Positions 1-9,968 are shown, counted from the stretch's first letter. The stretch is 64,000 nucleotides of DNA from Endomicrobiales bacterium (GCA_963796955.1 CAWCNJ010000008.1:448001-512000), one strand, 5' to 3'. A program made the numbers and translations. Notes: generated by a model not told the origin, from the letters alone.

Positions 1-1
1 C

Positions 2-1303
2 CGGGAGGCAATGCTTAAGGCCATCGGCGTAAAGAATGTCGCAGAATTGTATTCCGTAATCCCGCAAAAAGCGCAGGTCAAAGGCCTGAACCTGCCCGCC
101 GGCATGTCCGAACAAAAACTTACCCGCACCTTTGAGAACCTGGCAAAAAAGAATTCTGCGCTGAGCGACCATCTCTCGTTCCGCGGCGCCGGGGTGTATG
201 AACATTTTGTACCTTCCTTAGTAGAAGAACTGGCCAATCGATCAGAATTTACCACAGCGTATACACCCTATCAGGCAGAGGCAAGCCAGGGGACGTTGCA
301 GGCCATATTCGAGTATCAATCACTGATCACAAAATTAACGGGCATGGAAGTCTCCAACGCCTCGCTCTACGACGGTGCCAGTGCCGTTGCCGAAGCGGCA
401 TTGCTCGCCATGCGCAGCACAGGCCGCACCAAATTACTTATTTCGAAGGCCGTGCACCCTGAATACCGCAAGGTCCTTGCCACCTATTTACAGGGAATAA
501 ATGCGCAGATCGTTGAACTATCCCTTGAGGATGGTACCACAACAGCTCTTGCAACGGACGACCATACGGCCGCCGTTATAATACAAACACCAAATTTTTT
601 CGGCTCAGTCGAGAACATCAGTTCATTCAGGCAGGCCATTGGAGAAAGCGGAGCATTGCTGATCTGTGTGGCTAATCCGATTTCTCTGGGTATTTTGCGC
701 TCGCCCGGTACTGAGGGCGCTGATATTTGCGTAGGTGAGGGCCAGGTGCTGGGAAACGCGACCGGCCTGGGCGGTTTTGGGTTCGGCTTTATAGCTGCCC
801 GAAAAGCCTTAGCCTGGAAAATGCCCGGCCGTATCGTCGGCCAGACAACCGACACGAAAGGCCGCCGCGGTTTCGTGCTTACCCTGACTTCCCGCGAACA
901 GCATATACGCCGGGAAAAAGCCACTTCTAATATATGCACGAATGCCTCGCTGAACGCCCTGACCGGCTGTATTTACCTTGCGGGTCTTGGGCCGAACGGT
1001 TTAGAAGCGCTTGCAACAGCGAACTTGCAAAACAGCCATTACGCGTATGAGCGCATTACCAGTATACCCGGCTTTGCTCCGGCGTTTAAAAAGCAAAACT
1101 TCTTTAATGAGTTCGCGGTCAGAACCGACCGCAGCATCGCAAAACTTCAGCAGGATCTTCTTAACAGTAAGATCCTGGGGCCCGTTGAACTTGGCATGTT
1201 CTATCCTGAAGCGAAAGACCAGCTCTTATTCTGCGTGACCGAAACAAAAACAAAGGCTGATATCGACACGCTGGTCGACGTCCTCGCCAAGGCAGGGAAA
1301 TAA
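2..1303 (+). CDS. gcvPA: Glycine cleavage system P protein subunit 1 (probably 5'-truncated by the window edge)
   Basis: Motifs TAYTPYQAEASQG, NASLYDG and REQHIRREKATSNICTN; the frame is open upstream of the ATG at 11. Confidence 0.95.
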   Translation, partial: REAMLKAIGVKNVAELYSVIPQKAQVKGLNLPAGMSEQKLTRTFENLAKKNSALSDHLSFRGAGVYEHFVPSLVEELANRSEFTTAYTPYQAEASQGTLQAIFEYQSLITKLTGMEVSNASLYDGASAVAEAALLAMRSTGRTKLLISKAVHPEYRKVLATYLQGINAQIVELSLEDGTTTALATDDHTAAVIIQTPNFFGSVENISSFRQAIGESGALLICVANPISLGILRSPGTEGADICVGEGQVLGNATGLGGFGFGFIAARKALAWKMPGRIVGQTTDTKGRRGFVLTLTSREQHIRREKATSNICTNASLNALTGCIYLAGLGPNGLEALATANLQNSHYAYERITSIPGFAPAFKKQNFFNEFAVRTDRSIAKLQQDLLNSKILGPVELGMFYPEAKDQLLFCVTETKTKADIDTLVDVLAKAGK

Positions 1304-1304
1304 C

Positions 1305-2744
1305 ATGGAAAAATTACTTTCAGAAATATCAGACGCCGGCCAGACGGGGTATTCGATACCCGAGATAGATGTGCCTTTTAAACCGCTGGATTCACTGCTC
1401 CCAAAAGAGCTGTGCCGGGATGACGCGCCCGCCCTGCCGGAAGTAAGCGAGGTTGATATACGCAGGCACTTCACCCGCCTCTCACAGCTGAACTACGCCT
1501 TAACGACACAGTTCTACCCGCTGGGATCGTGCACCATGAAGTATAATCCGACCGTTAATGAAAAAATAGCCAACTTGCCGGGCCTTAAGAACCTGCACCC
1601 CTACCAGCCGGAAAGCACATTGCAGGGGGTTCTGGAAATACTGCACGGCTTGCAAAGCTCGCTGTGCGAGATAGCCGGGATGGATGCCTTTACGCTACAG
1701 CCGGCCGCCGGGGCGCACGGGGAATTTACGGCGATGCTGATGATACGCAATTATTTCCTGGCAAAAGGGGAAAAACGCACAAAGATAATCGTCCCGGATT
1801 CCGCCCACGGCACAAATCCGGCATCGGCCGCATTGGCCGGTTTTGAGATCATAGTTGTTCATTCAGAGCCGGACGGCCACATGGACACTGAAAAACTTAA
1901 AGCAGCGGTCACGCCCGAAGTGGCGGCTATCATGCTTACCGCGCCTAATACCCTCGGCGTTTTCGAGAAAGATATACTGTTGATCGCCGAGATAATGCAC
2001 AAGAACGGCTCGTTGCTGTACTACGACGGCGCCAACCTTAACGCGCTTATGGGCACGGCCCGCCCCGGCGATCTGGGCTTCGACATCATGCACATAAACC
2101 TGCACAAAACATTCTCCACGCCGCACGGCGGCGGCGGACCCGGTTCCGGCCCGGTGGGCGTAAAGAAACATCTTGAACAATACCTGCCGACTCCTATGGT
2201 CGTTAAAGAAGGAAATACTTTCCGCTTTGACCACAACAGACCAAAAAGTATCGGAAAGGTCCGCTCGTATTACGGCAATTTGCCGGTTTTGGTAAAAGCG
2301 TATGCCTACATCGTCGCTCTGGGCGCAGAAGGCTTGAAAGCCGCCAGCGAACAGGCCGTTATAAATGCGAACTATATGCTGGCCCGGTTGAAAGATCTGT
2401 TCCCGGCTCCGGCGGGGGACCGCTGCATGCACGAGTTCGTGCTTTCCGGCAAACCGCTGGGAACCTACGGAGTTAAAACACTGGACCTTGCTAAACGCCT
2501 GTTGGATTACGGATACTACGCGCCCACGATCTATTTCCCGTTGATCGTTGAGGACGCCATAATGATAGAACCGACGGAAACAGAATCAAAAGCTACTATG
2601 GATGAATTTATCGAGGTTCTTAAAAAGATAGCCGCTGAGGCGGCCTCTGACCCTCAATTACTTAAAAACGCGCCGCATACCACACCGGTAAGCCGTCTCA
2701 ACGAAGTGGAAGCCGCAAGGAAGCCAATATTATGCTTCAACTAA
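1305..2744 (+). CDS. gcvPB: Glycine cleavage system P protein subunit 2
   Basis: PLGSCTMKYNP, QPAAGAHGE and the PLP-lysine motif HINLHKTFSTPHGGGGPG. Confidence 0.97.
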   Translation: MEKLLSEISDAGQTGYSIPEIDVPFKPLDSLLPKELCRDDAPALPEVSEVDIRRHFTRLSQLNYALTTQFYPLGSCTMKYNPTVNEKIANLPGLKNLHPYQPESTLQGVLEILHGLQSSLCEIAGMDAFTLQPAAGAHGEFTAMLMIRNYFLAKGEKRTKIIVPDSAHGTNPASAALAGFEIIVVHSEPDGHMDTEKLKAAVTPEVAAIMLTAPNTLGVFEKDILLIAEIMHKNGSLLYYDGANLNALMGTARPGDLGFDIMHINLHKTFSTPHGGGGPGSGPVGVKKHLEQYLPTPMVVKEGNTFRFDHNRPKSIGKVRSYYGNLPVLVKAYAYIVALGAEGLKAASEQAVINANYMLARLKDLFPAPAGDRCMHEFVLSGKPLGTYGVKTLDLAKRLLDYGYYAPTIYFPLIVEDAIMIEPTETESKATMDEFIEVLKKIAAEAASDPQLLKNAPHTTPVSRLNEVEAARKPILCFN

Positions 2745-3496
2745 GAACACTGATATTATTTCTTCTGTGCGCGGCCTTTGCTATGCCGACACTGGCCGCC
2801 CTGCCGCATAAAGGCGGAAAACTCGGGCAGGATGTAACATTTGTTACCGATGACGGAATAATACTAAAAGGCTTGTTCGTGCCCCCGGGGGACAAGTCCA
2901 AAACAACGTTCATTCTGCTGCACGGCCTGGGCAGCAATCAGGAAGAGTGGCAGGCATTCGCCCATAAATTGCTTTCCGCCGGTTACGGGTTCCTGTCCTA
3001 TGATGCCCGCGGCCACGGGGAAAGCATAAAGAGAAAGAACGGCTTGACGATAACGTACCAATCCTTCGGTACCCAGGGGAACGATTCCGGCTGGGCCCAG
3101 ATGACCGGCGATCTTGAGAAAGCCGTGAAATATCTTACGAATGTTAAAGGAATAGCCGGCAAAAGAATAGGTATAATGGGCGCAAGCCTCGGCGCGAACG
3201 TCGCGCTTGTTTACAGCGCGGGCAATACGGACATTAAACCCATTGTATTGCTCTCACCCGGGATGGATTACGCGGGTATTCGCACGGAATCAGCGATACT
3301 GAGATTGAGCGACAGGCCGGTTCTTATAGCGGCCGCACCTGCGGACACGTATGCCTTCCAAAGCGCTCAGCTGCTGTATCAATCCATACAACAGAACAAA
3401 AAGGCCGCGCTGCTGATAGGCGAGAACGGCTTTCACGGCGTACAGATGTTCGACGGTAAATTTGACCAGAAGCTGATAAACTGGCTGAGAAAGTAA
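2732..3496 (+). CDS. Secreted alpha/beta hydrolase
   Basis: N-terminal signal peptide, LLHGLG, YDARGHG and nucleophile elbow GASLG. Confidence 0.85.
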   Translation: MLQLRTLILFLLCAAFAMPTLAALPHKGGKLGQDVTFVTDDGIILKGLFVPPGDKSKTTFILLHGLGSNQEEWQAFAHKLLSAGYGFLSYDARGHGESIKRKNGLTITYQSFGTQGNDSGWAQMTGDLEKAVKYLTNVKGIAGKRIGIMGASLGANVALVYSAGNTDIKPIVLLSPGMDYAGIRTESAILRLSDRPVLIAAAPADTYAFQSAQLLYQSIQQNKKAALLIGENGFHGVQMFDGKFDQKLINWLRK

Positions 3497-4090
3497 ATGA
3501 TCATCATTTTCGATCTTGGAAAGGTCATATTAAATTTCGACCTGACCATTATTTCCAGCAAGCTCTCGGCGATCTCCGGCACCAGCCAGGAATACATCGC
3601 CCAGCATTTGTTCGAGAATTCGCTCTCTAAAAAATTCGACCGGGGCCTGATGACGACTGAAGAGTTCTTTATTCAGGCCAGGGACAAGTTCAACCTTCCT
3701 TTAACCTTTGAACAATTCCTGCCGATATGGAATAATATATTCACGCCGATACCCGGCATGGAACAGCTGATAAACGACCTCAAGAAAACTTACCATGTGG
3801 GGATTCTCTCAAACACTAATCGGCCGCATTTTGAATATATCGCCGCCACATTTCCGGTCGTTAAAGACATGGATTGGCATCTTTCCTACGCAATGCATCT
3901 GATGAAGCCGGAGCCGGAGATATATAAAAAAGTTTCGGATTTCTACCGGGTGCCTGCCTCTGAAATATTTTTTACCGACGATCTGGCGCCCAACGTTGAG
4001 GGCGCGAAAGAAGCCGGCATGCAGGCGGTGCAATTCCATTCAGTTGGCCAGCTTAAAGAAGCCCTGGCCGCAAAAGGCGTTGCAACGTGA
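3497..4090 (+). CDS. HAD-family phosphatase (YihX-like)
   Basis: FDLGKV motif I, LSNTN, KP and FTDD motifs. Confidence 0.88.
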   Translation: MIIIFDLGKVILNFDLTIISSKLSAISGTSQEYIAQHLFENSLSKKFDRGLMTTEEFFIQARDKFNLPLTFEQFLPIWNNIFTPIPGMEQLINDLKKTYHVGILSNTNRPHFEYIAATFPVVKDMDWHLSYAMHLMKPEPEIYKKVSDFYRVPASEIFFTDDLAPNVEGAKEAGMQAVQFHSVGQLKEALAAKGVAT

Positions 4091-4446
4091 CGCTCGCAGC
4101 CTTTAGCGCTATCGTTGAAAAAGCATTAAAATCCCTGCCGAAAGAATTTAGCGATATCCTGAAAGAAAAGCAGGTCGGTATAGTAATACGCGGCAAGATG
4201 CCGAAAGAAGTGAGGAACAAGTATCCCGGCCAGGTTGTTTTCGGCATGTTCATCGGCGTTACGTTCGGCCACCTTACCGTGATGCAGACCGAACCGACCC
4301 GCATCGAACTGTATAAAGAAAGCTTTGAGGAACATTTTAAAAACGAAACCCGGATGAAGCAGGAAATAGCGAAAACCGTTCTGCACGAAGTAGGACACTA
4401 TTTCGGTTTTTCCGAGAAAAAACTGCATGATCTGCACCTGGGGTGA
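4087..4446 (+). CDS. Minimal zincin-like metallopeptidase
   Basis: 119 aa with TVLHEVGHYFG (HExxH) near the C-terminus. Confidence 0.8.
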   Translation: MTLAAFSAIVEKALKSLPKEFSDILKEKQVGIVIRGKMPKEVRNKYPGQVVFGMFIGVTFGHLTVMQTEPTRIELYKESFEEHFKNETRMKQEIAKTVLHEVGHYFGFSEKKLHDLHLG

Positions 4447-4456
4447 GTGTAACTAA

Positions 4457-4867
4457 ATGAATTTTTTTGGTGTCAATCCATCCAAGCAGGAAGAACTTGA
4501 ACAGCGCATGCTCAAACTCGGCATCCGCGAGGCCGACATTGAAGAAAAGTTCATACGCTCCGGCGGTAAAGGCGGACAGAACGTCAACAAAACCTCTACC
4601 TGCGTCTACCTGAAACACCTCCCGTCCGGCATAGAGGTAAAATGCCAGCGCGAGAGACAACAGTCCATCAACCGCTACCTGGCCCGTCGACTGCTCGCGG
4701 ACAAAATAGAGACCATACAACTCGGCGCCCAAAGCCGTGAACAACAGCGCATAGAAAAACTCCGCCGCCAAAAACGCAAACGCAGCAAACGAGCCAAAGC
4801 CAAAATGCTGGACGACAAGCGCCATCAAGGCGAGAAAAAAGCCATGCGGGGATCAGTAGAATACTAG
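4457..4867 (+). CDS. Stand-alone class I release factor-like peptidyl-tRNA hydrolase (ribosome rescue, ArfB/C12orf65-like)
   Basis: RSGGKGGQNVNK GGQ motif and a long basic C-terminal tail; no codon-recognition domain. Confidence 0.85.
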   Translation: MNFFGVNPSKQEELEQRMLKLGIREADIEEKFIRSGGKGGQNVNKTSTCVYLKHLPSGIEVKCQRERQQSINRYLARRLLADKIETIQLGAQSREQQRIEKLRRQKRKRSKRAKAKMLDDKRHQGEKKAMRGSVEY

Positions 4868-4874
4868 CTAAACT

Positions 4875-5189
4875 GTGGGGAACATGTATATCGGCTTCAT
4901 CGCTGCCCGCATACTGACCGCCTACATGCTGTTTTCCGGTTTAGACACGCACCCACACACCTACCTTTACGCCTTCACCAGATATTCACTATGCGCAACC
5001 TGCATACATGGAATTTTCGTGGCAATCTGCAGAGGCTTTAAACTCTGGACCCTGATACTAATCGCCACCGCGATCACCTTCAACCCCTTTTACCACTTCC
5101 AACTCACCAAACTAACCTGGACACGCCTGGACATAACGATCGCGAGCATACTGCTGTTATCTCTTTTCTTACTTAGGGAAAAGTATTGA
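4875..5189 (+). CDS. Small integral membrane protein (DUF6804-like)
   Basis: Hydrophobic segments with an FNPF...W..LD pattern. Confidence 0.55.
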   Translation: MGNMYIGFIAARILTAYMLFSGLDTHPHTYLYAFTRYSLCATCIHGIFVAICRGFKLWTLILIATAITFNPFYHFQLTKLTWTRLDITIASILLLSLFLLREKY

Positions 5190-5219
5190 TTGCACATATA
5201 AAAATGATATAATTAGACA

Positions 5220-5519
5220 ATGATCACGAACAGCGACAAAATGAAAATTCAAGGGATATCCAAGAGATACCACGCAAAGCGTGTTTTGCTTTTCGGTTCA
5301 AGTACAATCCCAGAAAAGGAAAGCCACGATATTGACATAGCTGTTGAAGGAATAGCACCGAAAGATTTTTTCAGTTATGACGCCGACCTGCTATTTTCAT
5401 TATCCAAATCCGTTGACGTAATAGACCTATCCGGCAATTCAAAGTTCATTCAACTAGTCCGCAGTGAAGGCGTGCTGATCTATCAATGCTTCTCGACAAA
5501 CTCTAAATTTAACTCCTGA
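5220..5519 (+). CDS. Minimal nucleotidyltransferase (MNT antitoxin-like), no HEPN partner
   Basis: LFGS...DIDIAV...VDVIDL motifs. Confidence 0.8.
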   Translation: MITNSDKMKIQGISKRYHAKRVLLFGSSTIPEKESHDIDIAVEGIAPKDFFSYDADLLFSLSKSVDVIDLSGNSKFIQLVRSEGVLIYQCFSTNSKFNS

Positions 5520-6389
5520 TTCCTTTTCCAATTACTTATAAGATATTAGCTAACGTACTAAGAATCGAGTTTAAAAAACCAGAAATCACAGTCGCTATGC
5601 ATATTACGCAATTTATGTACCAAAAAGGAGCTTCAGTTGATCATCTCTCAAATAGCCCTAAAGAATTGGCGTAATTTTAGAAAAATCAGTAATGTATCGA
5701 TTGGGGATCGAGTATTTTTAGTTGGACCAAACGCAAGCGGAAAGTCAAATTTTCTTGACGTTTTCAGATTTTTAAGGGACATCGCGAAGCATGGCGGAGG
5801 GTTGCAAAAAGCCATTCAAGATCGAGGTGGTGTTTCAAAAATACGTTGTCTTGCAGCAAGACAGAATCCTGACATAGAAATAGAGGTCATACTGACTGAC
5901 ACACAGAATGACCCAATAACTTGGAAGTACAGCATAAGTATCAAACAAGAAGAGCGAGGACGACATGAACCATACATAGGCCACGAAAAAGTATGGAAAA
6001 ATGGTAATCTCGTTTTAGAAAGGCCTGACAAAAATGACAAAGAGGACAGCGCAAGATTAAAGCAGACTCATCTTGAGCAGATCAACGCTAATTTTGAATT
6101 TCGTAGTATCGCTGATTTTTTCGAATCTATTCATTATTTGCATCTCGTTCCGCAACTTGTTAGGCATCCTGAGTTTTTTATTGGGCCTATGCAAGCAAAT
6201 GACCCATATGGAAAAAGTTTTCTGGAAAGACTTGCAAAAACACCTGATAAGGTTAGAAAATCTCGGCTCTCAAAAATCGGAGATGCCCTAAAGCTTGCAG
6301 TTCCGAAATTGAAAGAATTATCTTTTATTCATGACGATATGGGAATACCACATTTGGAAGCGGCGCAATTCAGCGAGTTTGACCTCAAA

Positions 6390-7450
6390 TCAGCAACCAA
6401 CTTCTACTGCTGAGGCCGGAAGAGCCAATGTTTTGGCGACTTTTCCGGAAGCAGCTTTCCACGCAGTATAGCGCAAAAGGCGCGCTACGGTCAAATTGTT
6501 CTTTCTCTGATTTAAGATAACCTCCTTTTGTCCGGACAGGACTTCAAGCGGTGTAACGTACTTGTGGGCGCTGTGTGGATCGTTGTTGTGGATTTGTGGA
6601 AAGCTGCTGATCCACTGAACGACGTCATCAACCTGCTCGAAGGAAACCGGCGCATCCCTGTGATGTTTCAGGGAATTGATAAGCGACTCAATCCAGGCCT
6701 CATCGTCAGGGGTGTTTGGGCGTCCGTAGTGAACATCAGCGCCAAGCAGCTCTTTGATAATCTTCTGGGTTTTGACGGCCTTCATGGCAGAGCCTCTGTC
6801 CGAATGGGCAATGAGGTTAGTCATAAGATGTTCCGGCAGCAACGCAAGAGCTTCTTTAACGGCGTTTGTAAGATTGGCTGATGTAACACCGCCGATACAA
6901 TAGCCGACATGAAGCAGATAGCGTGCCGGAAGAATCAAGACCGGTATGGCCCAAACGATAGTGCCAAACACTGTAACGAACTGCGTGCCGTCATAGCAAA
7001 GAAGCGAATAACCGTCGGCCATCAGCGCCTGAGCAGGAACGTAATTTGTTTTACGTGATCTGTAAAAGCTCAGCGGTTTAACAAGGTCTTTGCTTTTAAG
7101 TACGCGGAAAACGGTGGCCAGCGAAACGAAGAATTTGCCTGTTCTGTGGCCGTGTACGAAGACATGGCTTAACGGCTTGCCGATAAGTTCCGGCTCATAG
7201 ACAGCGGCTTCAATTGCTTCACATTCATGTTTAAGCGTTTTGTTCCAGGCGGAACGCTGTTTAACGGGCTTAGGCTTAGCCCACCTGCGGAACTTTCTGG
7301 CCGCAAGGCCGAAAGTAATGCAGGCTTGATTCTGGGTTAAGCCGGAATTGACCGCTTCTTTGATAATATTTACCACTTGTTCTTTGACCTCTTTTGTAAA
7401 ATGACCCAGCAGCGGGCCTTCAAGAGCTAATTCACTCTTTTTTTTAGCAA
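6390..7450 (-). CDS. Transposase OrfB (HTH plus rve/DDE core), probably expressed as an OrfAB fusion by -1 frameshift
   Basis: CYDGT, AHSDRGS, GRPNTPDDEAWIES and HNNDPHS motifs; A8G run at the OrfA/OrfB overlap (7437-7445). Confidence 0.85.
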
Positions 7451-7753
7451 TGATAGCTCGTGCCCCACTGCCGCCAGGGCATCCTTGGTTTCGCCCAGTT
7501 CCTTTGATACCTGCTGGAACTGTTCGACGGCCACAACGTGCTTTCTTCTGCCCGGCTTGGCGTTTGCTAGGGCTTCTATGGCGCCAGCGCGGACTTTCTT
7601 GCGGATTGCTACCAGATCCCAGGGTTTTAGGCCGTGGCGAGCCAGAATTGACTTTACTGGCGCTCCGGGAGCGGTGCATTCCAGGTAGATGTTGAACAAC
7701 AGTTCGGGTGTCAGCTTTAAGCGTTCTTTTTTTGCAGTTATGATATTTTCCAA
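7427..7753 (-). CDS. Transposase OrfA (HTH plus coiled coil)
   Basis: TTG start after AAGGAG and an upstream TATAAT; ends ...ELSLLKKRVN over the slippery run. Confidence 0.75.
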   Translation of the reverse strand: MENIITAKKERLKLTPELLFNIYLECTAPGAPVKSILARHGLKPWDLVAIRKKVRAGAIEALANAKPGRRKHVVAVEQFQQVSKELGETKDALAAVGHELSLLKKRVN

Positions 7754-8365
7754 TGATAGGCTCCTTTGGGTCATTATACTCAGTTTTAGCCGCGCGGAAC
7801 AAACGGCAACGGCTTTGAGGCACGTCTTCTTCACATCTTGAACCAATGTCTTTGACCGGCCAACGGCAACGTCAAAGACAAAGGCTCAATAGTGAATTAA
7901 CTGCCACTGATGAGGTCACTATCGCTGAGAAATAGGGGAAGCCATTTACGAACATTGGAGAGCTAAGGGCGCTAAACAAAGAGAGGATCAATTTTCAGAT
8001 GGAACTCTTCGTCTAATTGGTCTATTGTGGTCTTTATTAGAAGATGATTCATTACTACTTCTTGAGGAGCCAGAATTATCACTTAATTCAGGAATAGTAA
8101 GAAAACTTTCAGCGCTAATGTATAGGTTACAACGACAAAAGAGAAGACAGATTATCGTAAGCACACATAGCGCCGATTTATTACTGGATAAAGGCATTGG
8201 AGGCGAAGAAGTACTACTGCTAATTCCTCAACCAGAGGGAACTGACGTAAAAGCCGCATCAACAAATAAAGATATTAAATACTTATTGGAAAGCGGATTT
8301 AGTGTTTCAGAGGCTGTAATATCCCACACAGTTCCGGAAAAGGCTAACCAGTTAGAGTTTTTCAA

Positions 8366-8989
8366 ATGACTGCTGTATATATTAACCTTGCATTTGAAGA
8401 TTCTCTTAGCGAAGCAGTTATTCGTCAAATGCTTGTGCAATCAGGGCGCTCATACAAAATTCACCGTTGTTTTTCAAACAATGGTAATGGATATTTACGG
8501 GCAAAAATCGATGGATTTAATCAAGCTTCAAAATACATGCCTTTTCTAGTGCTAACTGATCTAGATTCAACATATAATTGTCCTATTGAACTAAGAAATG
8601 ATTGGTTACCTCTCAACAAACAACATTCAAATCTTTTATTCCGAATTGCAGTAAAAGAAGTTGAATCATGGGTATTAGCGCATAGAAACGCTTTCTCAAA
8701 ATTCCTCGGAATAACTAAGGATTTAATTCCAATCAAAGTCGATGAACTTCGTGATCCCAAACAAACTCTAATAAATTTGGCCAAAAGATGCAGATATCGC
8801 GAAATTAGGGAAGGAATTATTCCAAGATTAAATAGTACAGCTAAACAAGGTCCGGACTATAACGGCCAACTTGTCAGATTTGTTGAGAAGAACTGGAATG
8901 TCAATCAAGCAAAAATTAATTCTCCGAGTCTTTACAGATCACTTGAAGCAGTGAAACGATTTAACCCAATACTTCCTCAGATAAACTAA
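8366..8989 (+). CDS. DUF4276-like TOPRIM-fold protein, partner of the AAA ATPase
   Basis: N-terminal FED, LTDLD (DxD) and EVESWVLA; ATGA overlap with the ATPase stop. Confidence 0.75.
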   Translation: MTAVYINLAFEDSLSEAVIRQMLVQSGRSYKIHRCFSNNGNGYLRAKIDGFNQASKYMPFLVLTDLDSTYNCPIELRNDWLPLNKQHSNLLFRIAVKEVESWVLAHRNAFSKFLGITKDLIPIKVDELRDPKQTLINLAKRCRYREIREGIIPRLNSTAKQGPDYNGQLVRFVEKNWNVNQAKINSPSLYRSLEAVKRFNPILPQIN

Positions 8990-9002
8990 GGAAAATTGGA
9001 GA

Positions 9003-9185
9003 GCAGTTGGTTGTGCGGACTAAATCCATTTATCCGCCAAATGAGGTTCTCGATCTTCATTCCTTCGGCTCAGCTGTTTGAGCCCCACTCCAAAGTATGT
9101 TGAGTGGAGGTGTGGGGCAAGTTCTGAGCCGGCGAAGATCGTGATCCGAAATGGATATACGGACTTACGGAACATAATCAACTGC
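9003..9185. other. 183-nt nested inverted-repeat element (structured RNA or REP/MITE-like)
   Basis: Five nested complementary pairs: 9003-15/9173-85, 9024-31/9149-56, 9051-58/9134-41, 9066-73/9124-31, 9082-88/9112-18. Confidence 0.65.
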
Positions 9186-9214
9186 GATGGCATAGCAAGT
9201 AAAGGCACAAGGAA

Positions 9215-9772
9215 ATGAGAATGGATTTTGAATCGGTATTTCGGCTGATATTGGATAAATTCAAAAAAGAAAATATCACCTTTGGGTTGATCGGCGGGTT
9301 TGCTTTGCATTCAGCCGGGTTTTCCAGGGCTACAACGGATATTGATTTTTTAGTAGCCAAAGAAGATTTGTCAAAGGTCAGGAAGGTAATGCTAGGCTAT
9401 GGTTACCAGTTGCTCAGTGAAACAGAAGATATTTCAAACTACCTTGGAGTAATGGAAGATCAAGGAAAGGTAGATTTCCTGCATGCTCACCGAAAATACT
9501 CACGCAATATGCTGGTTCGCGCTGTCGAAAAGGATATCCTTAAAGGTAAATTCAAAACTAAAGTAGTTATACCAGAGGACATTATCGGGCTGAAACTTCA
9601 GTCCAGTTCCAATGATCCTCGCCGCAAAGCAAAAGACATGGATGATATTGAGCATCTGATCGAGATAAACTTCAAAAATATCGATTTAACAATAATCAGG
9701 GAATACTTTGCTCTTTTTAACAGAACCGGCGAACTTGAAGACATTCTCAAGAGGATCAACAATGCTAAGTAA
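9215..9772 (+). CDS. Nucleotidyltransferase-family protein (AbiEii/DUF6036-like)
   Basis: LIGGFAL...RATTDIDF...EDIIGLK...KDMDDI motifs. Confidence 0.8.
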   Translation: MRMDFESVFRLILDKFKKENITFGLIGGFALHSAGFSRATTDIDFLVAKEDLSKVRKVMLGYGYQLLSETEDISNYLGVMEDQGKVDFLHAHRKYSRNMLVRAVEKDILKGKFKTKVVIPEDIIGLKLQSSSNDPRRKAKDMDDIEHLIEINFKNIDLTIIREYFALFNRTGELEDILKRINNAK

Positions 9773-9968
9773 GCAGGAAAAACGCGAGCTACTGGCAGAT
9801 GCGCGCAGTGGTCGGCGCAGAAAGATGTTTACCAAAGCTAATAAGATTCATTATAGCGCCGGTCCATCTTTGGATGACTATATTAAGTTCCTTACAGGTA
9901 TACAAAAAGTTTTTGGACCGTTTCAAGTGGACAAGAAGCCCTCTATTACAGGAAAAACAAAACTTTAA
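9762..9968 (+). CDS. Small basic hypothetical protein coupled to the nucleotidyltransferase
   Basis: ATG after GAGGA overlapping the upstream stop; its stop overlaps the nadE ATG. Confidence 0.6.
   Translation: MLSKQEKRELLADARSGRRRKMFTKANKIHYSAGPSLDDYIKFLTGIQKVFGPFQVDKKPSITGKTKL

Larger units (their letters stand above)
6362..7936 (-). mobile_element. IS3-like DDE insertion sequence, 1575 bp
   Basis: Flanking direct repeat GGAAGC (6356-6361, 7937-7942); inverted repeats TCAGCGA-N3-TGACCTCA at 6370-6387 and 7911-7928; two overlapping ORFs. Confidence 0.9.
5637..8369 (+). pseudogene. AAA_21/ABC-type (RecF/SMC-like) ATPase split by an IS; segments 5637-6361 and 7943-8369 rejoin to 383 aa
   Basis: Walker A GPNASGKS in the 5' part; FSDGT signature, Walker B LLLLEEPE and STHS in the 3' part. 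Removing the insert and one GGAAGC copy restores ...PHLEAIYEHWRAKGAKQREDQFSDGT in frame. Confidence 0.9.

Noticed and set aside
7451..7823. N-terminal ~125 aa of the 477-aa minus-strand ORF as real protein
   Set aside because: It overlaps OrfA in another frame; transposase-like sequence starts only at the A8G site
9013..9031. CGGACTAAATCC resembling the reverse complement of a group I intron S element
   Set aside because: Imperfect match, no host gene interrupted, and no other core elements found
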